Below are positions 25,133 to 32,933 of a DNA stretch of 40,508 bases, piece by piece (within the stretch, counting starts at the first letter, position 1; each line of letters opens with the position of its first letter). A program made the translations under genes and the position numbers. The stretch lies in the IMG/VR virus record IMGVR_UViG_3300029385_000008. One strand, given 5' to 3'. Below the pieces are notes generated by a model, which saw nothing but the letters and a program-made list of their open reading frames with translations, had not been told where the DNA came from and did no database searches. The stretch comes from a virus.

Positions 25133-25592
25133 TGAGGAAAGTGTAGATGTACCTCAGACTTGTACTTTCATGAAGTCACCTCCAATTTTCTAAGCCCCGT
25201 AAGGGGCTATGCAGAACGTGAGTGCATGAGCTCACGTTCTGCCCATACGGTCAGTTGGTTTCCCGACAAAGCCAACAGCATAATACTTGAACCACCGCCA
25301 AGCTGTGAACTATATTCTAGAGCTTCGGGCGGTGTATGCAGGTCGAGAGCGCACGAACTTAAAGCCTGCACCAGTGAAACTACTCCGCATAGTCATGAAT
25401 ATGTGTTGCTGTAAGTGTAATCGGAGTTAATGGCTTACAGGACAGCCTGACGTTAACGGGACCTAGCCGCAAGGGCTGAGCAGGCGGCGGCAAAAAATGC
25501 AGGTCGAGAGCGTGCCAGCTCAACATCTGCTCCACCATTTACAAAACTCCTTAAAATATTTTCACAAGAGGCACTCCTATGGGGTGCCTTTT
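25133..25592 (+). ncRNA. Candidate ~460-nt highly structured RNA / late leader (class unknown)
   Basis: No credible ORF. There are many perfect hairpins, including two GNRA tetraloops. An exact 16-nt repeat ATGCAGGTCGAGAGCG occurs at 25336-25351 and 25497-25512. Terminal hairpin at 25569-25589. See findings. Confidence 0.5.
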
Positions 25593-26256
25593 GCGTTGGA
25601 AAACAAAAAAAGGCGGTGCTGAATTGAATAATAAACAACGCTATGAAAATTTACAGCACGGCTTTTATGCTGGTGCAGGTAAATATGATATACCTCAGCT
25701 GACAGGCTCAAAGATTACAGATTTTCCTGAACTTATTGGCTTTAATTATGCAAAGACGACAAAGAACAGGCAGAATAAGGGAGTACATTTCTTTCTTGAT
25801 GATTATCAATTTCTCAGGCTTTGGAACAATCCGACCGCCTATCTTGATATTCTCAAAGGTTTCAGATGTGTCCTTACTCCTGATTTTTCACTATATGCTG
25901 ATTTTCCGACAGCAATGCAGATATACAATCATTACCGCAAGCATTGGCTCGGTGCGTTTTGGGAAGATAACGGAATTGAAGTTATTCCAACTATATGTTG
26001 GAGCGACGAAAAGTCATTCAAATGGTGTTTTGACGGAGAACCTAAGGGTGGCACGGTGGCAGTATCATCTATAGGAACACAGAATGACAATGCTGCAAAA
26101 GCCGCATTCATATCAGGTTATGAGGTTATGTGCGAAAAACTTAGACCGGAAACTATATTGTTTTACGGCAATGTTCCAGACGAATGCAAGGGGAATATTG
26201 TACACATAAAAGCGTTTCAGGATAAATGGAAAGGAGCCAGGATAAATGGGTGGTAG
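25579..26256 (+). CDS. DUF4417-like protein (225 aa; alternative TTG start at 25624)
   Basis: GVHFFLDDYQFLRLWNNP...LTPDFSLY...NHYRKHWLGAFW matches DUF4417 as I recall it. It lies at the head of the packaging cluster. Confidence 0.7.
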   Translation: MGCLLRWKTKKGGAELNNKQRYENLQHGFYAGAGKYDIPQLTGSKITDFPELIGFNYAKTTKNRQNKGVHFFLDDYQFLRLWNNPTAYLDILKGFRCVLTPDFSLYADFPTAMQIYNHYRKHWLGAFWEDNGIEVIPTICWSDEKSFKWCFDGEPKGGTVAVSSIGTQNDNAAKAAFISGYEVMCEKLRPETILFYGNVPDECKGNIVHIKAFQDKWKGARINGW

Positions 26257-26575
26257 AGGAAGTTCGAGCGGAATAGGTGTTGCTAGTGGTACAACGTCAG
26301 AGCAACGAACAGTTATGAAACGTTTCGAAAATGTTGCTAAAAAAAATGGATATTCAAAACCTGTTTTTAAAAAGCAGGGTGACGGTTCTATCTCGTTTGA
26401 ATACTCAAGAGCAACCACTGTTCAAAAAGTTCATGGCGGCAGAATGCAATCAGCAGATAAAAATGATATTTATCAAAGAACGAAGACTCATCACGGCACG
26501 ATCGGTAAAGATGGACTCGTATTGCGAGGTAAGACAACAGCAAACGACAAGCTCATAAAGCTTGGAAAGAAATAA
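26246..26575 (+). CDS. Hypothetical basic protein with MGGRGSSSG N-terminus (109 aa)
   Basis: Overlaps the upstream gene by 11 nt; no family recognised. Confidence 0.6.
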   Translation: MGGRGSSSGIGVASGTTSEQRTVMKRFENVAKKNGYSKPVFKKQGDGSISFEYSRATTVQKVHGGRMQSADKNDIYQRTKTHHGTIGKDGLVLRGKTTANDKLIKLGKK

Positions 26576-26579
26576 CATA

Positions 26580-26604
26580 GCGGCTGCATTTTGCGGTCGC
26601 TTTT
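26580..26604 (+). terminator. Terminator after the 109-aa gene
   Basis: 9-bp stem gcggctgca/tgcggtcgc (two G-T pairs), loop ttt, then TTTT. Confidence 0.6.
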
Positions 26605-26704
26605 GCGTTGTGTCGTAAAAAGTTCATAAATGTCGAAAACTTGAAGTATTGCATAAAAAAGGCAAAATGATTTTGTGCAGTAGGGAGAATTTTTGTTTAT
26701 AACC

Positions 26705-26733
26705 TTGATATTTTATGCTTTATATGCTAATAT
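26705..26733 (+). promoter_or_regulatory. Promoter of the YfbU-like moron
   Basis: TTGATA (26705-26710), 17 nt, TGcTAATAT (26725-26733). Confidence 0.65.
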
Positions 26734-26762
26734 ATAGAAAATGAACAAAAGGAGGTTCTAAA

Positions 26763-27275
26763 ATGGAACTTAGCAGAAAAGACAGAATAATACTTTTTAA
26801 TCAGTATGAGATACTTAAACGCCTTGATACTGATAACGCTGAACAATATGAGATATATCAAGACATTCTCGCACAGGGGTTTGAATATGAATATGACGAT
26901 ATAGGTCCGTCGTTGTTTGAAGTGCCACAATCAGTTTCCGAAAAAGTGTATGAAATTTTAGGTATGTTTAGACGTATGGTCTTCTCTTTTGACAATCTTG
27001 AAGATGTGACAGGCCTAGATCGTGAAGACTATATGTTCAGAGGCTTTGACGGAAATGAAGAAACAGAACATTATGTTTACGCTAAATGGCTTGTGAAAAA
27101 TAATCACAAGTTTGAGGAATTTGAAAATTGTGAGTTTAATAGCCATTGGAACATATTGCCTAGGTATGAAGAAATGCTTGAAAGATTTTATGAAGTTACA
27201 AAGGATAAAGAAAAAGGTATTTATTCAACGAACTTATCTGCTGATGAATTAAATTATATCATTGACAAAAAATAA
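26763..27275 (+). CDS. YfbU-family protein (170 aa)
   Basis: LSRKDRIILFNQYEILKRLD...YEIYQDILAQGFEYEY resembles the UPF0304/YfbU family (from memory); RBS AAAGGAGG. Confidence 0.65.
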   Translation: MELSRKDRIILFNQYEILKRLDTDNAEQYEIYQDILAQGFEYEYDDIGPSLFEVPQSVSEKVYEILGMFRRMVFSFDNLEDVTGLDREDYMFRGFDGNEETEHYVYAKWLVKNNHKFEEFENCEFNSHWNILPRYEEMLERFYEVTKDKEKGIYSTNLSADELNYIIDKK

Positions 27276-27281
27276 TCTTAC

Positions 27282-27312
27282 GAACTGCTACAACAATGTG
27301 GCAGTTCTTTTT
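27282..27312 (+). terminator. Terminator after the YfbU-like gene
   Basis: 11-bp stem gaactgctaca/tgtggcagttc, loop acaa, then TTTTTAT. Confidence 0.8.
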
Positions 27313-27349
27313 ATATCCCAAAACAACAAAAAAAACCGAGGTGAGGTGA

Positions 27350-28987
27350 ATGCCGAATGAACAGAATTTAATAGTTCCAAGCTCGAGTGAAGCTCGAAAA
27401 AACGGCTCAAAAGGCGGTAAAAAATCAGGCGAAGTCCGCAGGCGTAAAAAGACTATGAAGCAGGTAATGGACTTCCTGCTTGAACAGCCTGCCAATACCA
27501 GAGCGGACTATGAGTTTCTCATGGAGCAGGGCATTGACCTTAACAGCCTTGACCCCGACTTCATAAATAATATGCTGCTTGTGAATGCGGCTCTTATGGC
27601 AAGGGCTAAACAAGGGGACGTTGCGGCGGTGAAAGAGCTGCGTGACATTATCCGTGATGACGATATGCTCAAACATAAGATAAAATACGATAACGCAAGG
27701 CTCAGGCTTGAAAAACAAAAGCTTGAGCCTGTTTCTATGCCTGATAAGGTGTACAGCGGTATCCCTGCGAGCCTTGTCGCTCCTACGTTCTCGCCTGTCC
27801 TGTTCGATATTGCAGAGCAGGAACATTCCGAGTATGTTTTCCCCGGCGGACGTGGCTCGACTAAATCTTCATTCTGCGGTCTGAACGTTATCGACCTGCT
27901 GATGAAGAACGAGAATATGCACGCCTGCGTCCTGCGTGCTGTGGCGAATACTCTTAAAGACAGCGTTTATTCTCAGATACTCTGGGCAATATCTGCACTT
28001 GGTCTTGATGATGAGTTTGCCTGCACAAAGTCGCCCCTTGAGATCACACGCATTTCAACAGGGCAGAAAATATACTTTCGTGGTGCTGATGACCCGTACA
28101 AGATGAAGTCTATCAAGCCTCCTTTTGGCTATATCGGCATCGTGTGGTTTGAGGAGCTTGACCAGTTCGGCGGTGAAGAAGCTGTGCGAACGATAGAACA
28201 GTCTGTTATAAGAGGCGGCGAGAGAGCATATAAGTTCAAGTCTTTCAACCCTCCGAAGTCGGCTCAGAACTGGGCGAATAAGTACATCAAAGTGCCGAGA
28301 ACGGACAGACTCGTTACCGAAAGCACTTATCTTACTGTGCCGAAAAAGTGGCTTGGCAAGCCTTTTCTTGATGACGCCGAATTTCTCAAAGAAATCAATC
28401 CCACTGCCTATGAGAACGAGTATATGGGCGTTGCAAACGGCACAGGCGGTAATGTTTTCGATAACGTCCTCATAAGAGAGATAACCGACAGCGAGATAGC
28501 GCAGTTCGATAACATCTATAACGGAGTTGACTGGGGCTGGTATCCCGACCTTTACGCTTTTGTCAGAGTGCATTATGCTCCTGCTCAGCACACGCTGTTC
28601 ATATGGCAGGAGTACACCTGCAACAAAACAAAGAATGTTGATACCGCAAAGCATTTGCTGGAGCTTGGTATCACAGCAAATGACCTTATCACCTGCGACA
28701 GTGCAGAGAATAAGTCTGTTGAGGATTACAGAGCATACGGCTTGCTTGCAAGAGGCGCAGAGAAAGGTCCTAACAGCAGGGAGTATTCATATAAGTGGCT
28801 GCAATCTCTGCAAAGTATCGTTATAGATAACAAGCGTTGTCCTGTGGCTTGCGAGGAGTTCATCAACTGCGAGTATGACAGGGATAAAGAGGGCAACGTT
28901 ATAAGCGGCTATCCCGACGGCAATGACCACGTTATCGACGCCGTTCGGTATGCAATGGAAAGAGTATGGAAAAGGCGGGGTCAGTAA
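27350..28987 (+). CDS. terL: Large terminase, PBSX/XtmB-like, with a basic ~130-aa N-terminal extension (545 aa)
   Basis: Walker A FPGGRGSTKS at aa 164-173; Walker B-like GIVWFEELDQ; C-terminal nuclease-type D residues (GNDHVIDAVRYA). N-terminus KNGSKGGKKSGEVRRRKK. Confidence 0.9.
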   Translation: MPNEQNLIVPSSSEARKNGSKGGKKSGEVRRRKKTMKQVMDFLLEQPANTRADYEFLMEQGIDLNSLDPDFINNMLLVNAALMARAKQGDVAAVKELRDIIRDDDMLKHKIKYDNARLRLEKQKLEPVSMPDKVYSGIPASLVAPTFSPVLFDIAEQEHSEYVFPGGRGSTKSSFCGLNVIDLLMKNENMHACVLRAVANTLKDSVYSQILWAISALGLDDEFACTKSPLEITRISTGQKIYFRGADDPYKMKSIKPPFGYIGIVWFEELDQFGGEEAVRTIEQSVIRGGERAYKFKSFNPPKSAQNWANKYIKVPRTDRLVTESTYLTVPKKWLGKPFLDDAEFLKEINPTAYENEYMGVANGTGGNVFDNVLIREITDSEIAQFDNIYNGVDWGWYPDLYAFVRVHYAPAQHTLFIWQEYTCNKTKNVDTAKHLLELGITANDLITCDSAENKSVEDYRAYGLLARGAEKGPNSREYSYKWLQSLQSIVIDNKRCPVACEEFINCEYDRDKEGNVISGYPDGNDHVIDAVRYAMERVWKRRGQ

Positions 28988-28990
28988 GCT

Positions 28991-30349
28991 ATGGGCATTA
29001 TTTCAAAAATAAGGGAGTGGATAAGCAGAATGCTTTCAAAGTCAGATATAAAGGGCGTTTACGGTATTGATATCGCCGTGACGGACAGTATGATAAGAGC
29101 TATTGACAAGTGGGACAGAATGTATGCAGGTAATGCAGCACCCAAGGGAGTTCACTCTCTGCGGCTTGAACACGCTGTTGTGAGGGAGTTTGCGAACACG
29201 GCTATCAATGAAATGACCCTGAAAGTTTCCAACGATAAGCTTGATGCCATAATGAAAAACGCACTTGAAAACCTCAACAAAAATCTGCAAAGAGGTCTTG
29301 CAACAGGAGCAATGATAATAAAGCCGCTGGGTTCTGATAAGGTGCAGTATGTTCCGCAGTCGCAGTTCATTCCTGTGGAGTATGACGTGAACGGCAGGCT
29401 TATAAAGGTCATTTTCCCTGAGATAAAACGCATGGGCGATAATGATTACCGCATAAGGCTTGAATATCACGCTCTGGACTATGAAAAAGGGCTGACTATC
29501 ACAAACAGGGCTTTTCGCTCCAATGACGGCGTGTCTCTTGGTGCTGAGATACCTCTCACGGCTGTTTCAGAGTGGGCGGAGCTTATCCCTAAGATAGCCT
29601 ATCCCCTTATGCTGCGACCCTCTTTTGGCTATTATGTCAACCCTATCGACAATACAGTTGATGGTTCACATTCTGGCGTATCGGTGTTCGCAGGGGCGGA
29701 AGAAGTCATAAGAAAAGCTGATATCCAGTTTGGCAGGCTCGATTGGGAGTTTGAATCAGGAGAGCGTGCCATAGACGTTGACGAGGCTGTGCTAAGACCT
29801 GTTACAGACCCGTTCACAGGTAAGAAACGTGCAGAAATGCCAAAGCTCAATGAACGGCTTTTCAGAGGGGTAAACGTGTCGGCTGGCACGAGCGGTGACT
29901 TTTATCACGAGTTCTCACCGCAGTTAAGGCAGGCTGATTTTATCGCAGGACTTGAAGAATACAAGCGTGAGATAGAGTTTGCTGTGGGGCTGTCCTATGG
30001 GGATATCTCAAACCCACAGACAGTTGATAAGACGGCAACGGAGATAAAGTCCTCAAAGCAGAGAAAGTTCGATACTGTCACGGCGATACAGAATAATCTC
30101 CGTGTCTGCCTTGAAGACCTGTGCTATTCGCTGGCGTTTTATAATGGGCTTACTCAAAGCGGTTATGAGCTGTCTGTGAACTTTGAGGACAGTATCCTTG
30201 CTGATGATGAAACAAAGCGTGCAAGCGATCGTCAGGACGTTTCTATGGGCATTATGCCACTGTGGGAATACCGAATGAAATGGTATGGTGAGGACGAGGA
30301 AACGGCTAAGAAAATGACCTCCGACAGCACCGCAGAGGTGATAGAATAA
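28991..30349 (+). CDS. Portal protein (SPP1 gp6-like), 452 aa
   Basis: Lies immediately after terL. Its size is typical and it is followed by a MuF/gp7-type gene, the conserved SPP1-like order. Confidence 0.8.
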   Translation: MGIISKIREWISRMLSKSDIKGVYGIDIAVTDSMIRAIDKWDRMYAGNAAPKGVHSLRLEHAVVREFANTAINEMTLKVSNDKLDAIMKNALENLNKNLQRGLATGAMIIKPLGSDKVQYVPQSQFIPVEYDVNGRLIKVIFPEIKRMGDNDYRIRLEYHALDYEKGLTITNRAFRSNDGVSLGAEIPLTAVSEWAELIPKIAYPLMLRPSFGYYVNPIDNTVDGSHSGVSVFAGAEEVIRKADIQFGRLDWEFESGERAIDVDEAVLRPVTDPFTGKKRAEMPKLNERLFRGVNVSAGTSGDFYHEFSPQLRQADFIAGLEEYKREIEFAVGLSYGDISNPQTVDKTATEIKSSKQRKFDTVTAIQNNLRVCLEDLCYSLAFYNGLTQSGYELSVNFEDSILADDETKRASDRQDVSMGIMPLWEYRMKWYGEDEETAKKMTSDSTAEVIE

Positions 30350-31908
30350 TGCTCAAAGCAAGCGAGATAGAGCGAGTTTCAATGGCGCTTGACAAGCCAC
30401 TGCGTGACCTTGAAATGCAGATAATGGAGGACATCGTCCGCAGGATAAAGATAAACGGCGAGATAACACGTTCGGCGGATTGGCAGATATACAGGCTTCA
30501 CGAGCTTGGAATGAGTAAGCGTGAGATAAAGAAAGCCATAGCCGATAACCTTGACCTCTCCCAAACTGAGATAAAAGAGCTGTACAATGATATCCTGCAA
30601 AAAGGCTATGAATGGGACGATAGCATATACAAGACCAAAGGCAAAGCACGGATACCCCTTGAAGAAAATGAGGGTCTGCAAAGGCTGCTGTCGGCGGTAT
30701 CGGAGCAGACTTCGGGGGAGCTTAAAAACATATCTCAGTCACTCGGATTTGCAGTAAAACAGCCTGACGGCAAGCTGAAATTCACGCAGGCGGCTGACTT
30801 CTATCAGCAGAACCTTGACAACGCCATAATGGGCATAGCGAGCGGAGCGTTCGACTATAACACGGTCATAAAGAAAGTCATTTCGGATATGACGAACTCA
30901 GGTCTGCGTACTGTGGACTATGCCACAGGCTGGAGCAACAGGGCAGACGTAGCCGCAAGGCGTTCGGTGATGACAGGGCTTTCACAGCTAACCGCAAAAA
31001 TGAATGAGGACAACGCCAAAGAGCTTGGCACAGACTATTTTGAAGTCACTTGGCACAGCGGAGCAAGACCCTCTCACCAAGAATGGCAGGGCAAGGTCTA
31101 CAGCAAAAAAGAGCTTGAAACTATCTGCGGTCTTGGTACTGTGACAGGTCTGTGCGGAGCGAATTGCTATCACGATTATTACCCCTTTATCCCCGGCATA
31201 TCTGAGCGTTCCTACACAGATGAGGAACTTGCACAGATGAATGCAGAGGAGAACAAGCCTGTTAAGTACGGCGATAAAGAGTACACAAAGTATGAGGCTT
31301 TACAGCGACAAAGAAAGCTTGAAACTGCAATGAGAGCTCAGCGACAGAAGATACATCTTCTTGAAGAGGCAGGTACAGACGAGGAGGATATCATCAACGC
31401 ACGCTGCCGATATCGTGGCACTTCCCAAGAGTATACAAGGTTTTCAAAAGCAATGGGCCTGCCTCAGCAGAGAGAGCGTGTGAACGCCGACGGACTGGGG
31501 AATATCGGGGTGGGAAAAACCAAGATAGACTTGACGCAAAAAGATTATAGTGATATAATTGATATGAAAGGTAAGATGTCTGATATAGACGTGCGAAAGT
31601 GGTACAGACACCATAACAAAAATATCCCTCAGCTTATCGACAAAAGCAAGTCTATTGAAGAACAGGCAAGACAAGCTTGTGAACTGCGTAACAAGTATCG
31701 CTTTCAGGCAAGAGAGTTAATGGAAGATCAAAAAGCTCGTAAAACCCTTGACCAGACCGAACCTATCATTTCTTTTGAAGACTTGGTATCAAATAAAATG
31801 GTACGAAAAAACATGAGCAGAGAAGAAGCTATAGCAGACACTTTGAAGACCGCTGTAAAAACACGAAGATCAGTAGATAAAAGGTATGGATTGGATGATC
31901 AGCAATGA
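30349..31908 (+). CDS. MuF / SPP1 gp7-type head morphogenesis protein with long C-terminal extension (519 aa)
   Basis: The MuF core VTWHSGARPSHQEWQGKVY...CGANCYHDYYPFIPG ends near aa 290, and about 230 further residues follow. Confidence 0.85.
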   Translation: MLKASEIERVSMALDKPLRDLEMQIMEDIVRRIKINGEITRSADWQIYRLHELGMSKREIKKAIADNLDLSQTEIKELYNDILQKGYEWDDSIYKTKGKARIPLEENEGLQRLLSAVSEQTSGELKNISQSLGFAVKQPDGKLKFTQAADFYQQNLDNAIMGIASGAFDYNTVIKKVISDMTNSGLRTVDYATGWSNRADVAARRSVMTGLSQLTAKMNEDNAKELGTDYFEVTWHSGARPSHQEWQGKVYSKKELETICGLGTVTGLCGANCYHDYYPFIPGISERSYTDEELAQMNAEENKPVKYGDKEYTKYEALQRQRKLETAMRAQRQKIHLLEEAGTDEEDIINARCRYRGTSQEYTRFSKAMGLPQQRERVNADGLGNIGVGKTKIDLTQKDYSDIIDMKGKMSDIDVRKWYRHHNKNIPQLIDKSKSIEEQARQACELRNKYRFQARELMEDQKARKTLDQTEPIISFEDLVSNKMVRKNMSREEAIADTLKTAVKTRRSVDKRYGLDDQQ

Positions 31909-32144
31909 AAAAATATGAATACAATATTTGCACGGCTGCGGACAAAGAAATTTTTGAAAAGCAATGTGCAGCATTGGAAAAGCATATTCCAGGCATTGAA
32001 CGGTCCGATATGCTGACAGATGTTGACGGCTCACAAACGCAGATATATGAATTAAACGGAAAGAAGATAATCGTACACAACAGTTATTATATTGACGCTG
32101 TGTACATTGATTCAGAAGTTGAACTTACAGAGTATTTCAAATGA
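31905..32144 (+). CDS. Hypothetical 79-aa protein overlapping the MuF gene stop (possible immunity-type partner)
   Basis: ATGA overlap; followed by two terminators; no family recognised. Confidence 0.6.
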   Translation: MKKYEYNICTAADKEIFEKQCAALEKHIPGIERSDMLTDVDGSQTQIYELNGKKIIVHNSYYIDAVYIDSEVELTEYFK

Positions 32145-32150
32145 TAATTT

Positions 32151-32225
32151 TACCGCTTGACTAATGTCGGGCGGTATTTTTATACCCAAATATCGGAACT
32201 AAGCACCTTAACGGGTGCTTTTTTC
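32151..32225 (+). terminator. Two tandem rho-independent terminators inside the morphogenesis cluster
   Basis: taccgcttgac/gtcgggcggta plus TTTTT (32151-32181), and aagcacc/ggtgctt plus T6 (32201-32225). Confidence 0.8.
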
Positions 32226-32315
32226 ATACCATTTCGTCCTTGATATGACGTTAAACTGTCAGACTTTCACACCGCAGACAGAGCGGTATATAAGCTATGT
32301 AGAAAGGACAAACAT

Positions 32316-32927
32316 ATGAAAAACATTTTTGAGATCCTTGCCGCTCTGGGTATCGTTATCCCTGAGGACAAGAAACAGGACATCACAAAACAGGTGGCAG
32401 AGAATTATAAGACTGTGGCTGAGTTTGAAAAGGTGAAAAGCCGCCTTGAGGTGGAGCGTGATAACTATAAGGACAGTCTTGATACCGCACAGAACTCTCT
32501 CAAAGAATTTGAGGGCGTGGACGTCAAGGAGCTTAACGGCAAAGTTGCACAGCTCACCGCTGACCTTGCTAAGAAAGATACCGAGTATCAGGCGAAGATA
32601 TCTGATATGGAGTTTGACGCTACCCTTGATAACGCTATCTCGGCAAGCAAGGCAAGAAACGTCAAGGCTCTTAAAGCTTTGCTTGATGTGGAAACTCTCA
32701 AAGCTTCCAAAAATCAGGCTGAGGATATCAAGACGGCTATCGAGAACGTGAAGAAAGAAAACGATTATCTTTTTGAAAGTTCCGAGCCTATCAAGAACCC
32801 GGTTGCTCCCACAGGGACACCTGCCGCAGGTGAAGTGAGCAAGGAAACCTTTGCGAAAATGGGGTATATGCAGAGGCTGGAACTTAAACGAACAGACCCC
32901 GAAAAATACGAACAGTTGAAAGGATAG
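32316..32927 (+). CDS. Scaffolding protein (GP20-like), 203 aa
   Basis: Helical, charged, coiled-coil sequence directly upstream of the capsid gene. The N-terminus MKNIFEILAALGIVIPEDKK is typical of Firmicutes phage scaffolds. Confidence 0.8.
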   Translation: MKNIFEILAALGIVIPEDKKQDITKQVAENYKTVAEFEKVKSRLEVERDNYKDSLDTAQNSLKEFEGVDVKELNGKVAQLTADLAKKDTEYQAKISDMEFDATLDNAISASKARNVKALKALLDVETLKASKNQAEDIKTAIENVKKENDYLFESSEPIKNPVAPTGTPAAGEVSKETFAKMGYMQRLELKRTDPEKYEQLKG

Positions 32928-32933
32928 GATATT

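Noticed and set aside
25160-25414. 84-aa ORF (and the minus-strand 61-aa ORF at 25453-25638) inside the non-coding element.
   Set aside because: There is no Shine-Dalgarno sequence. The start is TTG, and the ORF runs straight through several perfect hairpins. The amino-acid composition is Ser/Pro/Cys/His-rich and unlike the phage proteins here.
25131-25540. Resemblance of the structured element to RNase P RNA or tmRNA: GAGGAAAGTG near the 5' end, ATGGCTTACAGGAC at 25430-25443, TGCACCAGTGAAA at 25367-25379, and GCTCCACCA at 25529-25537.
   Set aside because: The RNase P P4 pairing cannot form, because the sequence after GAGGAAAG is not complementary to the region before GGCTTACAG, and the GGCTTACAG motif lies mid-molecule rather than near the 3' end. 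For tmRNA, there is no GTTCGAATC-type T loop and no 5' strand complementary to CTGCTCC. The matches are short and were probably found because I was looking for them.
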